Origin: Nemertoderma westbladi | Lineage: Eukaryota; Animalia; Xenacoelomorpha | Reading direction: 5' to 3' | Assembly (NCBI GenBank): GCA_032718475.1 | Contig: JAUCBJ010006711.1 | Location: forward strand, 1-64,000 | DNA: 64,000 nucleotides | Part shown: positions 37,874 to 51,000 of the stretch, piece by piece | Layout: every line of letters begins with the position of its first letter | Position numbering within the stretch: position 1 is the stretch's first letter | The notes under the pieces: model-generated | The model's input: the letters and a program-made list of their open reading frames with translations, nothing else | Databases searched by the model: none | What the model was told of the DNA's origin: nothing | Position numbers and translations under genes: made by a program

Positions 37874-39783
37874 TAATTGGAAGAGACAGTAACAATACCT
37901 GCAATATCCTACTGTAAAGTTTGTGAATCAAATCATAAATCCGACCTTCTCACCAAAACAGTAAACTCTAAGTAAGCGAATATATTGCAGTATCGATCTG
38001 TTATAACCAGTGAGGTAGAAAACAGTCTACGAGCAGACAAACTTCGATAAAACAAAATCCCGCGCAGCGAATCCTAAAATCAGGCTGACTCACTGACGGA
38101 CTAAGGGGCTCGTATACTTTGCCGCGGTGTGATTTATATGGTTTGGTGAAAGGGACGCTAGCTAGGTACAGAGGCAGAGATTTGGAGATGTCTAACTAGC
38201 GGGCAAAGCACAGTAAGGACAAAAGTTAATTTTATATATTTTGAGGTGTAAATAATTTCTAACGCGCGTGTGTTAATTCTGAACGGTCAAAGCAGTTTTG
38301 CTCCTTCACATATATACTTACTGGGTACGGTGTGCATTTTACGAATATTCTAATTTTGTAACTTGTAGGTCCAATACTCACGAATGATAAGGTTCCTTCC
38401 CCTCTTGCGTATTTCCAGGACTCAAATTCAGGCATAAGGTTAATGCTACGCCCAGAATTCGGCAATTTTAATTTACCAGGCCCCTAATACTAAGAAGAAA
38501 TGTGTTAGTTTACTACTGTAGGCGTACAGTTACTAATAGCTATCCTGGCTTCCTATCTAGAATTTTAGTCACCTAGGTAGGCTGGGTAACTTCCTATTAG
38601 GGCGTTGGCGGGGACACGGTAGATGTTAGTATATCCCTAATAGCCTCAATTTATTTGCGCCTAGTCGTAAACTGCCCTACCGCCTGAACGGTACAATCCC
38701 AATTCAGGTGAAACACAACGACCCTCCTAGCCTACAAGTTCTAATGCAATGGACACCGTTGCACTGCAAATAGTCGCAAACGCACCTGTACTTAGCAAGA
38801 GTTAGGCGTACAGTTTGCTGCACCCTACCAATGTGTATGCTTCGTACCGGTGTGCCTACGTCCTATCTGCGTACTAGTATCTGCCTGCTCTCTCCCCCCC
38901 CCCCCCCCCTTAGGAATGTGAAGGTCTACTGTGGTTTTTTCCTGAATCAAGACAGTACAGTCCCTAAGATGTAATTTTAGGCTCACAGCGTGTCACTACT
39001 TCTACCTTTTGATCTTTGGTCTTACGCTTAGGTAGCAAGGCGTCGAACGCTGTCTAACCTTTCAGGCGATGGGCGAATAACTGAGATGGTATTGCGGGTT
39101 GTCTCCTGTCTACATTCCCTTGATGTTCCCGTTCATTGCTGCGGCCCGATCTCTAGCCGGCCATCCTGTTCTTAAGTGTGTTCACCGTAGTGAATCATGG
39201 TGAAAGAAAAGCAGATAGCGGTATTTCTGAATTTATTGCAGATAATAATACAAAATGTAATCTGAATACTAATGACAGAATAAACAAATATCAGATAACT
39301 CAATATAGAGATATAAGAATCTTGAAAATTGATAACTAATGAACAAATCGCACCTTTATATAGCAAATTTGTGCTGCAATCAATCGAGAAAATTCTCGAT
39401 TGTTCTATAGGTTCTAACAGGTTTTTAAAGATAACTATTGGTCCAGCTAATATATAACTTGCACGACATTGGATACAATCTAATAACTGCAGTCTCATTG
39501 GTTAATCTAGGTACAGACAAATGCAACTTAATTTGTAGCGGTCAATTTAAATGAGTTGAAATTCTGTACAAAAAATAATTCGCACTTACTAGGATTCGAA
39601 CTCAATACCTACTACACATATAATTTCCAACGCTCTACCGACTGAGCTACTGAACCACTTGACTAAAGGTCGTACAATAGATATAACAAATACAAATGAG
39701 GACTTAAAGCAATCTTTTACAAAGTTAATTCGAATAAAATAAAATTTTGAAAATTCACGGCATTTAGGGAATATAATTCTATA
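37874..39783 (-). repeat. 3' LTR of inner element (1910 bp)
   Basis: Matches 54641-56549; abuts the PPT (plus-strand CCGCTCCATGAAAACAG at 39784-39800). Confidence 0.95.
39586..39664 (-). pseudogene. tRNA-like Pol III cassette in inner 3' LTR
   Basis: Minus strand GTAGCTCAGTCGGTAGAGCG...GAGTTCGAATCCT followed by TTTTTT; second copy at ~56352-56430. Confidence 0.65.
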
Positions 39784-39800
39784 CCGCTCCATGAAAACAG
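39784..39800 (-). promoter_or_regulatory. PPT position of inner element (CTGTTTTCATGGAGCGG)
   Basis: Immediately upstream of the 3' LTR; identical 17-mer at 61665-61681. Confidence 0.75.
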
Positions 39801-40404
39801 GATATTATCGTGCATAAAATATACGGTTTTCACCAATAATCAATCAAACTATAGAATACTTAGGGCGTACTTACATATTAACAATTAAATTTCAAACAAT
39901 ACTTCCTTTCTACATAATGATTCGATACAAAATAATTACAAATTCAAACTTTACGTAGTTAAGGCTTTACTAAGTAAGTACAATATAAATCTAAATTAAA
40001 TTCACCAATATAAATCTATTGCATCTCAATATTGCATAAATTCAAGTAATTAAAAATACAAATAAATGAAAATCATAAGAAAGGCTCGCGAGTCTTCCAT
40101 CTACTATTGCATCTCAAATATTGCATAAATTCAAATAATTACAAATACTTTCGTGCCTAAATGTAGATTGCATAAATTCGGAATAATTACAAATATGAGT
40201 CTTTCTAAGCACAAAACTTTCTGACTATAAAACTTTCTAAATACAAAATATAACACTTTACAAATGAAACTATAAGAAAGGCCCACGAGTCTTCCATCTA
40301 CTCTTACTTTCTATTTCACTGTAAATACAAATACTGCTTATAAGATATAAATTGCATAGTATTCGGAACAATATAAATTGCATAAGTTCGGAATAATCAC
40401 AAAT

Positions 40405-40545
40405 ATAAAATATAAATCTTGCAAATATAAATTCTTACTAAATATAAATTCTTACTAAATATAAATCTTACTAAATATAAATCTTACTAAATATAAATCT
40501 TACTAAATATAAATCTTACTAAATATAAATCTTGCTAAATATGAG
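40405..40545. repeat. 17-18 bp minisatellite (AAATATAAATCTTACTA-like) in inner 3' UTR
   Basis: About 7 tandem copies visible. Confidence 0.85.
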
Positions 40546-40648
40546 TTTTTCCAGAATACAAAACTTACTAAATATAAAACATATAATTCAAATAAATCAC
40601 AAATTCACAAGAAAGGCTCACGAGTCTTCCGTCCACCCTTGCCCTCCT

Positions 40649-43600
40649 TTATCGCTTAGTTGATCGAGCCCTGCCGCGTCCTCGAAAACTGCGCACAGGT
40701 GACTTTGCTCGCGATATGGGACTTGTGGGGCGAGTCACTGGTTTCGTTTGGACGTTGAGAGACGGTGCGACTATTTCCTCGCAAATTCGTCTATTTGGCA
40801 TCCCAAAACCTCGACCGATTCCTCGTGACCGATCAGTTGTCACTACAGTTGGTAGAACGTCTGGGAACGCGCGAGAAGCGGACGACGCAGACCCAAGAGT
40901 AGCTTGCGCCCCCTTCTGATCAGCTGGTGTATGTCCCGATCCTCCTATTGGTTCTCTAGGAAGCGATACCGTATCCCGAGTAATTCGAATAGTCGGCTCA
41001 ACTCCCTTGCGTTCTTCTATATTAATAATTTTCTTTAATTGTTGGCCCACTTTCTGGACCCGTATGATCCTACCCTGTCCGTCCTCCCGAGGGTGACGTG
41101 CAGACGGCGCAACCGGAGTGGCTGGTATATTTGTCGCCTCTAGGACCTCCTCTTCCTCGAATACGCTCGCTCGTATACGTTTGTGGTAAAACGCGGCTCG
41201 GTACGCCCATGCGACGGTTAACCAAGCTCCTTTGTTCCGCTTTTCAGTTCGGAAACGATCGAATTCACCATACGTAATGCGATTAACGACTTTCTGAAAA
41301 TTCCACGTGTTTTTGTTATCCGGGTGAATCTGTAGTAGATACTCGCGCACTACTCGGAATCCGCTGTCGTGGGGCAAAATATCGACTACCTCGATAAGTT
41401 CGTCATATTGGGGCATAGCGGAGATGTATCCTTCCGACATCATCGTTTGGGGATTTACCGCCCAAAATCCAAGATGCGCTCTCATCGGAAACCGTCTTCT
41501 TTGTGCCGATACATGTTCGTCGGCTAAATCTTCCCACTCATCGAATAACTTCCTCACGAGTTTTACAGATTCGTGTTCATAAGGTATGTCTCTTAGTTGG
41601 CATTCAGATGCTCGATGTCCTTTTATATTGCAATAAGTACATTGAGCCATAAATCTCCAGCAAGTATAAAAGGTATGAGACCCTTGATCCCCACACCATC
41701 CACAGATTAGCTGAGTCGTAGTAATGTGCTTTCCACTGCACTTTGTCATATGATGTCCAGCGACGCCACATTTACTACACATCGTATTGGCAGGGTACCA
41801 CACTCGTTCGTATATAAGATCTCCAATCGGTCGAGCGCTTCCTCCCACACTATAATCGTAATCATCTGGATCTATGGGTTGGTAGGTTTCTGAAGGTTGT
41901 ATACAAACTATAGCATCTGTTGCTTCAAGTTGTCGAATCTCCGTCTGAGATTTCTTCGGGAGGTTCCTTTCTATCTCAAGAAGTTCCTCTAAAGGATCGT
42001 CGGCGATCGTAGTAGTTACTTCGAAATCATCACCAAGGTGACCGATAGGCGCGCGCGTCTGCCGTGATTCATCCGTAATTTCCACGATACGTTCTCCTTC
42101 ATAGGGTAACAATGTAAACATAGATGGTCTTTCGATAAGAGATCCCGCACAGCGAAGATACACGTCTCGAAATATACTAAATCCTGCTCGAGTAAAGGCA
42201 TTACACTGAGCGTCGGAGTTGTAGAAGGGTTCAAGGAATCGTCTAAACACGTCGGTATGAATTCTCCCTTCCATGTGGAACGTATGATCTTCTCCGAGAC
42301 AAAGTGGATGTCTTTTGAGAGTCCGAGACACAATGTCGGCGATTAGGCAAACATTCACTGACGACTCTATTGCTAAATAATATTGTAAGACCGCTCTTGG
42401 AGGTGACGTAATAGCCCAATACACGCATCCTCTCCATTTAAGCTGTGATTCAAACTCACTCATATCTGGAGTATCGCCTTCTCCATAAGTCTCAATATAC
42501 TTGTTTCTCTTACTTTCCTTATAATCCCAATTGAATAACAGGTAGGAAATGTATCCAGTTCCAGTCTTCTGAGTATTATACTCACGAAAATATCCCTGTT
42601 CTATAGACCACAAAATAAGAGGTCGAGTGTCGACGTAAGGTGTCGGTAGTCGGTCATCGCTGTCCGTCATGCCGGCGAAGTCGCTAATTAAGTCCTCCCT
42701 TACTCCTGATCCAATCTTTACAACAGTTTTATCTAAAATCATGTTTCTTACCATCTTCGGTAGCATTCTAGCGTCTATATTACAAGCTTGGTCCATCTTC
42801 TTTACTATATCGGTGATAAGATGGTGTCGCTTTGTATTCGCTGAAGGTATCGGCATTCGTTTGTCGCTCCTCTGTCTACTGAAAACGTGAAGGACTCCAT
42901 CCGCCGCTCTAATTTGTATAGTCTTAGAAGTCAAACTCTGTTGGTGACTGCCGCCCTCGTTATCGTAAAACATGTAACCATTTTCCTGAAACGATCTAAA
43001 CGTCCTATTCCATTCATCCAACAATTCTTCCGAAGGTTGCCAAATCTTCTCTATATCCTTATCATCTTCGAAATGAATAACCTTACCTTGCCAATCTGCG
43101 GCAATATCTGTATCCGACTCGAAGGTTCCGGTTCCAATCCATAAACGAATCGTCTTGGTTAAATATCCTTTCAAATTACTCGGAGCTATATCAGCACCAG
43201 CTCTATCCAGTTCCTTAAAGTCTTGAATATGAGGTGGAACGTTGTACACGACCTTTTGAGTAATATGTCTACGTAAATCATATATCTTACTCATATCGCT
43301 GAAAACAACTGCAGGAAGAAACTCCAAGTTTGAAATGATTTCTGGATGATCCACGATGGGTATTTCGTACGTCGTATCCTGTCGGACTGGTATACTAATA
43401 GGAAAATTGAGTGTCGTACTCAATGGTTTCGTAGTTGAAGTACTATATGGTTGCATTTCTCTTGTCCTCTCCGGGGATGCAATCTGTAGTCTCTTAATAA
43501 CGTTTTGAGCAAAGTTTATGCTCTCGAAAACTTCCGGTGTCATCTCCTTAGCTGGAGTTTGATCGTGTGACGTCCAATGGTAAGGTAGGCTCGCGAGTCT

Positions 43601-44369
43601 TCCGCCCCATTCTTCCATCTCACCTTTCTCGAAAGCCTTGTAGGCTCTGTATAGGCTAAGAGCTTCTTTCTTTTCGCGGGTTGACTGATTTGCCTCGTCC
43701 AGCGTAAGTTCAAATACATCGGGTTCAACAACCTTAGGTGGGTAAATGACAGTTTCTCCCGCCTTTGGTCCGGTCATAGCAAACGAATGATATGGATTTG
43801 ATAAAGGATACCCTCCTTCCTGGTAGCGTAGTTGTTGATGGTTCGAACACCTCGCCAATATCGGTTCGGGATTTTCCTTATTCAAACGCATTTCGCATTT
43901 CGTTGTTCACGCATACAAGAACCGCATTGATAATAAAGTTTATAAACTGAAAATGCTTCCTTGGTTTCTCTATCGTCTCCTCGAGTTCGTCTGTAAAGGT
44001 GCATTCCATCGAATTCATCGCGTACCGCGGGCATAGGTTCGTGCGCCGTTAGGTATTGCATGGTATGATACAAACGACTAATTTCAGTATCGGGGTCTTC
44101 GCTAATATCTCCCGTATCACACAAAGCGTCGTACGGGTAAAGTTCGTTGAAGGTTTTGCGCAAACTTTCGATTCTTTCGTTTAATGCATTTTGTCTTCTC
44201 TTTAATACATTTGAGTCATATTTAGTTCTCCGAGTTTCGCTGTACTTTCTGATAATTCTTTTATACCAAATATAGTGTAGTCCTTGGCTCCAAATCTTTC
44301 GAATGGCGCTGCTGCCTCCTCTTGGATATCATATCCCCATCTCGGCTCTCCTTGTATCCCTTTCTCCAT
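40649..44369 (-). pseudogene. ORF3 of inner element: DEDDy/WRN-like 3'-5' exonuclease, three CCHC knuckles, RG tail (~1240 aa; two frameshifts near the N-terminus)
   Basis: ATG at 44369 (MEK...APFERFGAK, homologous to 57278); frameshifts at ~44230 and ~43890; 1080-aa open segment 40649-43891 with FYDNEGG, TIQI, KIGSGVREDL, YVDT, YYLAIE. Confidence 0.8.
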
Positions 44370-45030
44370 AATTAGGGGTGTAGTTACATAATCATTACTA
44401 CTAGAGGGAATACAACAGAGTTTGTAGTTAGTTGTGAGGAGACGTGAGAGTTTCGTCTGCCCTTTGGGCTCGACAACGCTCTAACCTCCTACCCATAGCC
44501 TAAGATCTAGGGTTTCTTTAATGACACGCTGCTTCTTATCTAAAATTTTTTGCCGAAATAAAAACGAATTTGGGCTAAACTGGCCGTGAGTCTAAAATAC
44601 TCACTTTTTGATCCCAAACTATTATCAGAAAATAAGCAGTCAAGAATTAGTAATAAATATAGGGGAGTCTATTATTTGACGTAACTTATTGAAACAAGAC
44701 CGTGTAAAATTTAATTAAAATTTTAAGAAAGGCTCGCAAGTCTTCCTCTCTTGTTTCTCTAATTTTAAGTTCCACCCGACTGTACCCTGAAATCTATTCA
44801 CTGGAGAAAATTTTAAAAAATTTTCAAATCCAAATGGATTGTCTAAAATTTCGAAAATGTCTCAATATTGTGAGTTCCAAGTAGAATTCCATTTCTTATA
44901 CCTACAAATCCCGCTCCTATGTGACACATAAGGGTACTACCCTCAATGTTCACATATAAAGACAATGGAATTCTACCGCTGTCCTTACTACGGTGTACAG
45001 GTACGTGGAAATCTATTTGTAAACTCCTAA

Positions 45031-48000
45031 TTATTTACTAATATTAGGTGGAGATTTGTAGTCTCCAGACTCGTTACGAGTCTCTTCAAGAAGTACGAGA
45101 CGTTGAGTCGGTCTGTCTACTGTACGACCGTCAATTGTCTGTACCGTCACAGTTCTTGTCACTCCATCCATAGATGGATGTGTGGCTAAAATTACACCTG
45201 TTATCCAGAAGCGTCTTTTTAGATTCACTTCCGCTAACAGCACGTGATCTCCCGGCTTTAATGCGCGGGTGTTATTATACCAAGTTGTTCTGGCAGAAAT
45301 AGAGGGCAAATAATGGTTTTGCCATATTTCCCAGAATTTGTTAGCCAGTAGTTGCGTGATTTTCCACGCTTTTCTACCGTAGCTATCGCTTTCTATTGGA
45401 ATAGAAATAGGCGTCAAAGTTGTCGGTGCCTGCATAAGCAGGTGTGCAGGTGTTAAAGCAAACTGGGATTGTTTGTCATCGGGTACTAATACTATTGGTC
45501 TAGTATTTAGTATTGCCTCGATTTCAACAAACAGTGTCGTCAGTTGGTCGTCTGTCAATATGTGGTTTACTGGAATGACCTTTGCCATTGCCGTTTTGAT
45601 AGATCTAATCAATCTCTCCCAGACTCCACCTCTCCATGGACTATCTGGAGGATTAAACTTCCAAACAATCTTGTGAGGTTGTAGTTCGTTCGAGATTTGA
45701 TCATGATCTAATTTCTTAAAGGCTCTAGCAATCTCATTTCGAGCACCAACAAAGTTTGTCCCTTGGTCTGAGTACAAGCATTTTACTAGTCCGCGTCTAG
45801 CGATAAATCGCCGCAATGCTAGTATAAACGCGTTGGTAGAAAGATCCATCACTCGTTCAATATGAACTGCCCTACTGGACATACATGTGAAAATCAGTCC
45901 CCAGCGTTTTACTAGTATACGTCCACGTTTCGTATGTATGGGACCAAAGCAATCAATTCCAGTCTCTGTAAAAGGTGGTCTGAATGCTTGAAGTCGTGCT
46001 TGTGGGAGTTCACTCATTTCTTGGGTACCTATTCTAGAATGTACCTTTTTACAAATAATACACGTACGTGTCACTGAACTTAACGCTTTACTGGGTCTAA
46101 TTAATACAAATCTTGTACGTAAGTAGGAAAGACAGTGGTGTCTTCCAGCATGTTTCAGATGTAAATGTGCGTCCAGTATCATTGCACGTTGTAGTTCGTG
46201 ATGTTGCGGTATTATTATTGGGTATCTAAAGTTTGTGTTAAAGTCAATGTTTTGAAGCCGAGATTTATGACAAATTAAGCCATTATAAATTATCGGACTC
46301 CAACTCAATATTGGTGACGACTTGATTGGTTGACCTTGATTTATAGATGTGAATTCGCGCGCGAAATATCGCAGTTGGTAATGGCGAATTAATTTAATCT
46401 CACACCTGTCAATCTCAGTCAATGTAAGTCGACGTGTAAAGTCTCGTTTGCCTTTAACGTATTGTACAAAACGTACAATCCACGCTAATTTTCGGCAAAC
46501 GTTTGTCCAAGAGTCTGTTAGGTTTACAATACGGTCGACGTAAGTATTTGTGACGTCATCAGGTAAGTCAATGGAGATTTTGGAAGGTTTTGATTTACTA
46601 GAAGGGCCCACGGGTCCGCCGGTAGGTATTCCCTTGTTGACTGTTGATCCGTCCGGGTCTACAAGTAATTTGTCCTTCTTCGTCTTCTTACCTTGATTGT
46701 CAGTACTTTGTAAGTCGATCGTTAATGGTGGTTTGAACTCTATGGGGTCAGTGGGTTTCGGTAAACTTATTTTTCTGCCGATATTAATCCCAGGTTTCAC
46801 CATAGGTTGCAAGTTCGGTATGTCTCTTGAGCGCAAAGTAACACCTGTATTTACATTAGCGTAGGTACTACCCACATCTGTAATACATGAGGTTTCACCG
46901 TGCTTATGGTTGCTCAAGTGTGTCAAAATTGGTAGTTTGTCAATACAAGGCCGCTCCAATAGGGAAACTGCGGCTTTATTGTTTGTCAATATGTTACTAG
47001 TGTCTAGTAGAACATTTTGTGACATGTCTGGTAAAATGTTTCGCGGAACATCCGGCGAAATATCTAGTGACGTGTCTGGCAAAACGTCTGGTTGACCGTC
47101 TAGTAACGTGTCTGGTGATACGTCTGGTAACGTATCTGGCGATACGTCTGGTAACGTATCTGGCGATACGTCTGGTAACGTATCTGGTTGTTTGTCAATA
47201 GAAGGCCGCTCCAATAGGGAAACTGTGGCTTTACTATTTGTCAGTATGTTACTAGTGTCTGGTGGAACATTTTGTGATATGTCTGGCAAAATGTCTGGTT
47301 GACCGTCTAGCGATATGTCTGGTGTAGAAAGGCTCGCAAGTCTTCCTCTCTTGACCTTTGAAGTTATATCTTTCCATTTCGCCTTCGGTTTTTTCTTGAG
47401 TTTAGCCGCCGTTGTCTTTTTCTTTGCTTTCCCATTCTTTGGTTTCTTGATTTCGGCGTCTTTAGGGATAGTGTTAGACTTGTTGTCATATAGTGGTGGC
47501 CAATTTAGTGTTGATCTTTGTAAGAATTGGGGTCCGTGTTGCCAAAATTCTTTGTTCTCCGGTTTACAGAATTCCTCAGGCATCATTCCTCTTGACGCAA
47601 TATCGGCTGGGTTTTGTGGTCCGGGACAATGTCGCCAATCTTCTTTTATTGAACGGTCTAGAATTTCTGCGCGACGGTTAGCTACGAATGTCTTGAATTC
47701 AAGTGTGTCGTTGTTTATGTAAAATAAAACCAACGTCGCGTCAGTCCAATAAAATATCTGTAAACTTGACTGTAGTTCTCTCTGTATAAGGTTCACAATT
47801 GTGGTTGACAGGGTTGCGGCTTGTAGCTCAGCTCGTGGTGTCGTCATATACTTAGTAGGCATTGTTTTTGCCTTAGAAGTAATGAGCGAAACATCGAATT
47901 CTTCTGAGTCTACTTGTCTGCGCAAGTACGCTGCCACACCAAAGCCGTTGTCACTGGCGTCGGAAAAACAGTGTAATTCCTAGTTGTCAGGAAATGTTGT

Positions 48001-51000
48001 TTGTAATGGAAAGTAGACTCTGGGTATGGAATAATCCTCTAGCGAAGATAATTCTGCCTCCCAGGTCTTCCATAAGTCCACTTGGTCTGATGAGATCGGC
48101 TCGTCCCATGTCAGTCCATCCTTCCAAATACTGCGCATATAAATGCGGGCTTGCAGTATTATTGGACTGATGAATCCTAATGGATCGAACAATTGGCTCA
48201 ATTTTGACAAGCATGATCTCTTTGTCAGTGTGTTTTCTTGACTGTCCAGTCTCACTTTCACTCGAAAGTTGTCCGTTTTTGGGTCCCAAAAGAGCCCCAA
48301 CACCTTGGTCGTCGGTAGTGGTTCGAACTCTAGGTCTATGTCACCACCTCCACGCTCAGTCGTTCCGAATGAGTCTACTAATTCGGCACTGTTTGAGGCG
48401 AATTTGGTGAGGTTAAAACCTCCGCCCGCTAAGCAGTCCCGTAATTGATGTGCTACTGTTGTAGCACGTTCTACTGTGTCGCTAGCACGTTCTACTGTGT
48501 CGCAACTCTGTAAACCGTCGTCGACGTAAAAGTCACGCTCCACAATCCTAATTATCTCTGGGTCATATAAATGTTTCTGATCCCTAGCGGCTTGTTTTAG
48601 GGCGTACATCGTACAGTTTGGGCTGTCTCTGGCACCGAAAACGCGAACTTGCATTTGGTAAGTCGCCGGTGGTAGACTTAAGTCTCCTTCCGGATACCAG
48701 AGGAACCTCAAACTGTCTCTGTCTTGCTCTAACGCTCTCACTTGGTGAAACATAGCTTCAACGTCACAAGTAAAAGCTACTTGACGCTGACGGAAGCGCA
48801 TAATCACCCCCATAAGATAATTATTCATGTTTGGTCCATCCATCAATTCGCTATTGAGGGACATTCCCTCAAACAGAGCCGCACAGTCATTGACTACGCG
48901 TACTTTGTCTGGTTTGTCGGGGTGTCTCACATAGTGATGTGGCAGGTAGTATGTCTGGTTAGTCACTATCTCTGGGTTAGTCATTCGGATAGCGTATCCC
49001 TTAGTCAAATACGTCTCCATCTGAGTGTTGTACTGCAGATGGGCTTTCTCGTCCCTTAATAGACGTTGCCGTATTGAGTGTAGACGTCTTAGAGCCAGTG
49101 GATAGTTATTTATGAGTTTAGGACTTTGGCTACGCCATAACATCCCTACCTCATAATGTCCGTCTTTCGTCTGGCGGATAGTATCTTCCATGATCCTCAA
49201 AGATTGTTTCTCTTGTTCCGACATACATGGTTCGTAGCTACCAGGTTCAGCTGTATCTTGTTCTAACCACCTGATAGTCTTCTCCGTTAATTCTTTGTCC
49301 AATACAGCTTGTTCCAATTGATGATTTCTCAACGCGTCATCATCGATATCGACGGGCATTGTTGAGGTTGTTGGGGTAGGTAGACTCGCAAGCCTTCCGG
49401 CGTTATCATCTGTCGTCGATGGAATCTCTAGCTGACTCGTCTTCTCCCCAAGTTCTAAACTCACCTGGTGAATTAGCTGCTCCTTGTGACTTATCATACT
49501 AGTTACACGTCTGTCATGTTTTGTATGTAAGGTAGTATGGTCCACGTCGCGTGAAAAGGAATGAATTGAATTTGTAGTTAATAAACTACATGTACTTTGT
49601 ACATCGTCTTCCTCGTCACTTATGTCCAGTGTGCGCACAGGCGCTCGAGTATACCACCCTATCGGCGTTCTACAGGCGTATGCGTTTCCTGCTACGACTG
49701 CCGATGGTCTGGTTTCCCACACTTGATGTAGGTTGAATTGGTCTGTCCCGATCAGCATGGCTACCGATCTATAATTGACAGGACATTCAGGTACACCAAG
49801 GTGTCTGAAATACTTACGGTCCTCCAAGGATTGTTCTGGGACCGGACCTAGTAGGTTACTAAAGTCTTTGGTGGCCGCAAAAGTCAAATCCTTGAAGGGT
49901 AACAAAGACCTCTCCTTTTCGCTGTGTTGCGATTTAGGAAGAAGAGAGTCTAAGTTTAACTTGACTCGTGTCACTGGTATTGCACGTTGTCCGTGCATAC
50001 TACTTACGGTATAGCTGACGCGCTTACCTTGTTTGAGATCCGTCACTACGTCAGCTATCTGTTCATCCACGTAGCTGTGAGATGAGGCTGAATCCAGGAT
50101 AGCGTAGATTCTCTTGCTCCCCTTTGTGCCAGTAATCTTAATCGGAATTACACTGAATCCCTTCAGTTGGTCAGTCGTCAGAAGCGCGATCGATGGTTGT
50201 TCGTCTCCATCAGAATATACGTCGTCGTCTTCTGACTCTTCATCCGACGATCCGGATTGTTCTGAGAAGCAATCCTTTATATGTGTCACAAAGGTTGGAG
50301 TCGTTTTCGATTCTCGATTTCTGTAGGCCGCATCACATCTCGCTGCTGCTTCCGGGTGTTCCCTGGCGAAGCGTTTTGTCGGTGTGTGGCTGTCTGTGTG
50401 GAGCAGACCGTCGTGGTTGCGTCCACAGGATGGACAAGTGTCGGTATTTGGGCAATCTTTACGGACGTGTCCGTGTCGCGTACACCGCCAACAAGAGTCC
50501 AATGGCCGTATCTGCAGCCGTCGTTCTTCTGAGTTTAACTCGCGAAACTGTTGACAACCTCTCAACTTATGACCGATATACCGCTTGCCTAAATGCTCGC
50601 AGTATTGGCAGCCGCTGAAGTCTGCACTGAGTTGCTGTCTAGTCTGCTTTATCCCAATGGGCGCAGATACCCTACTACTGTCCGAGAATTGTCGTGATTC
50701 CGTCGGTGTGGCGTAAGTGGCCGTCTTGGTGGATGTTGTCTGGGGTTTTTGTCGGTTTGAAGATGGCAAGGTGATTCCTTCTGCCACGATGTGCTGGTCA
50801 GTGTAGTTGGATCGAGTTTCTACAACTGCTTCCCTGGATATCAAAAGGTACACATCCTCCAGTTTTAAGAATCCACCCCGCTCTTCCCGCTGGTATTCGA
50901 TCTTTCTCCACTCCCGACGAAGTCGATGGTGGAGTCGTCCTATGATCTTTAATAGGACTGTAGGGGTATTCCCGTAGTCAAGTTGTCCAATGGATCTCAA

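Noticed and set aside
40649-43891. ORF3 as an env glycoprotein
   Set aside because: No signal peptide or TM segment evident; the motifs indicate a nuclease and Zn knuckles
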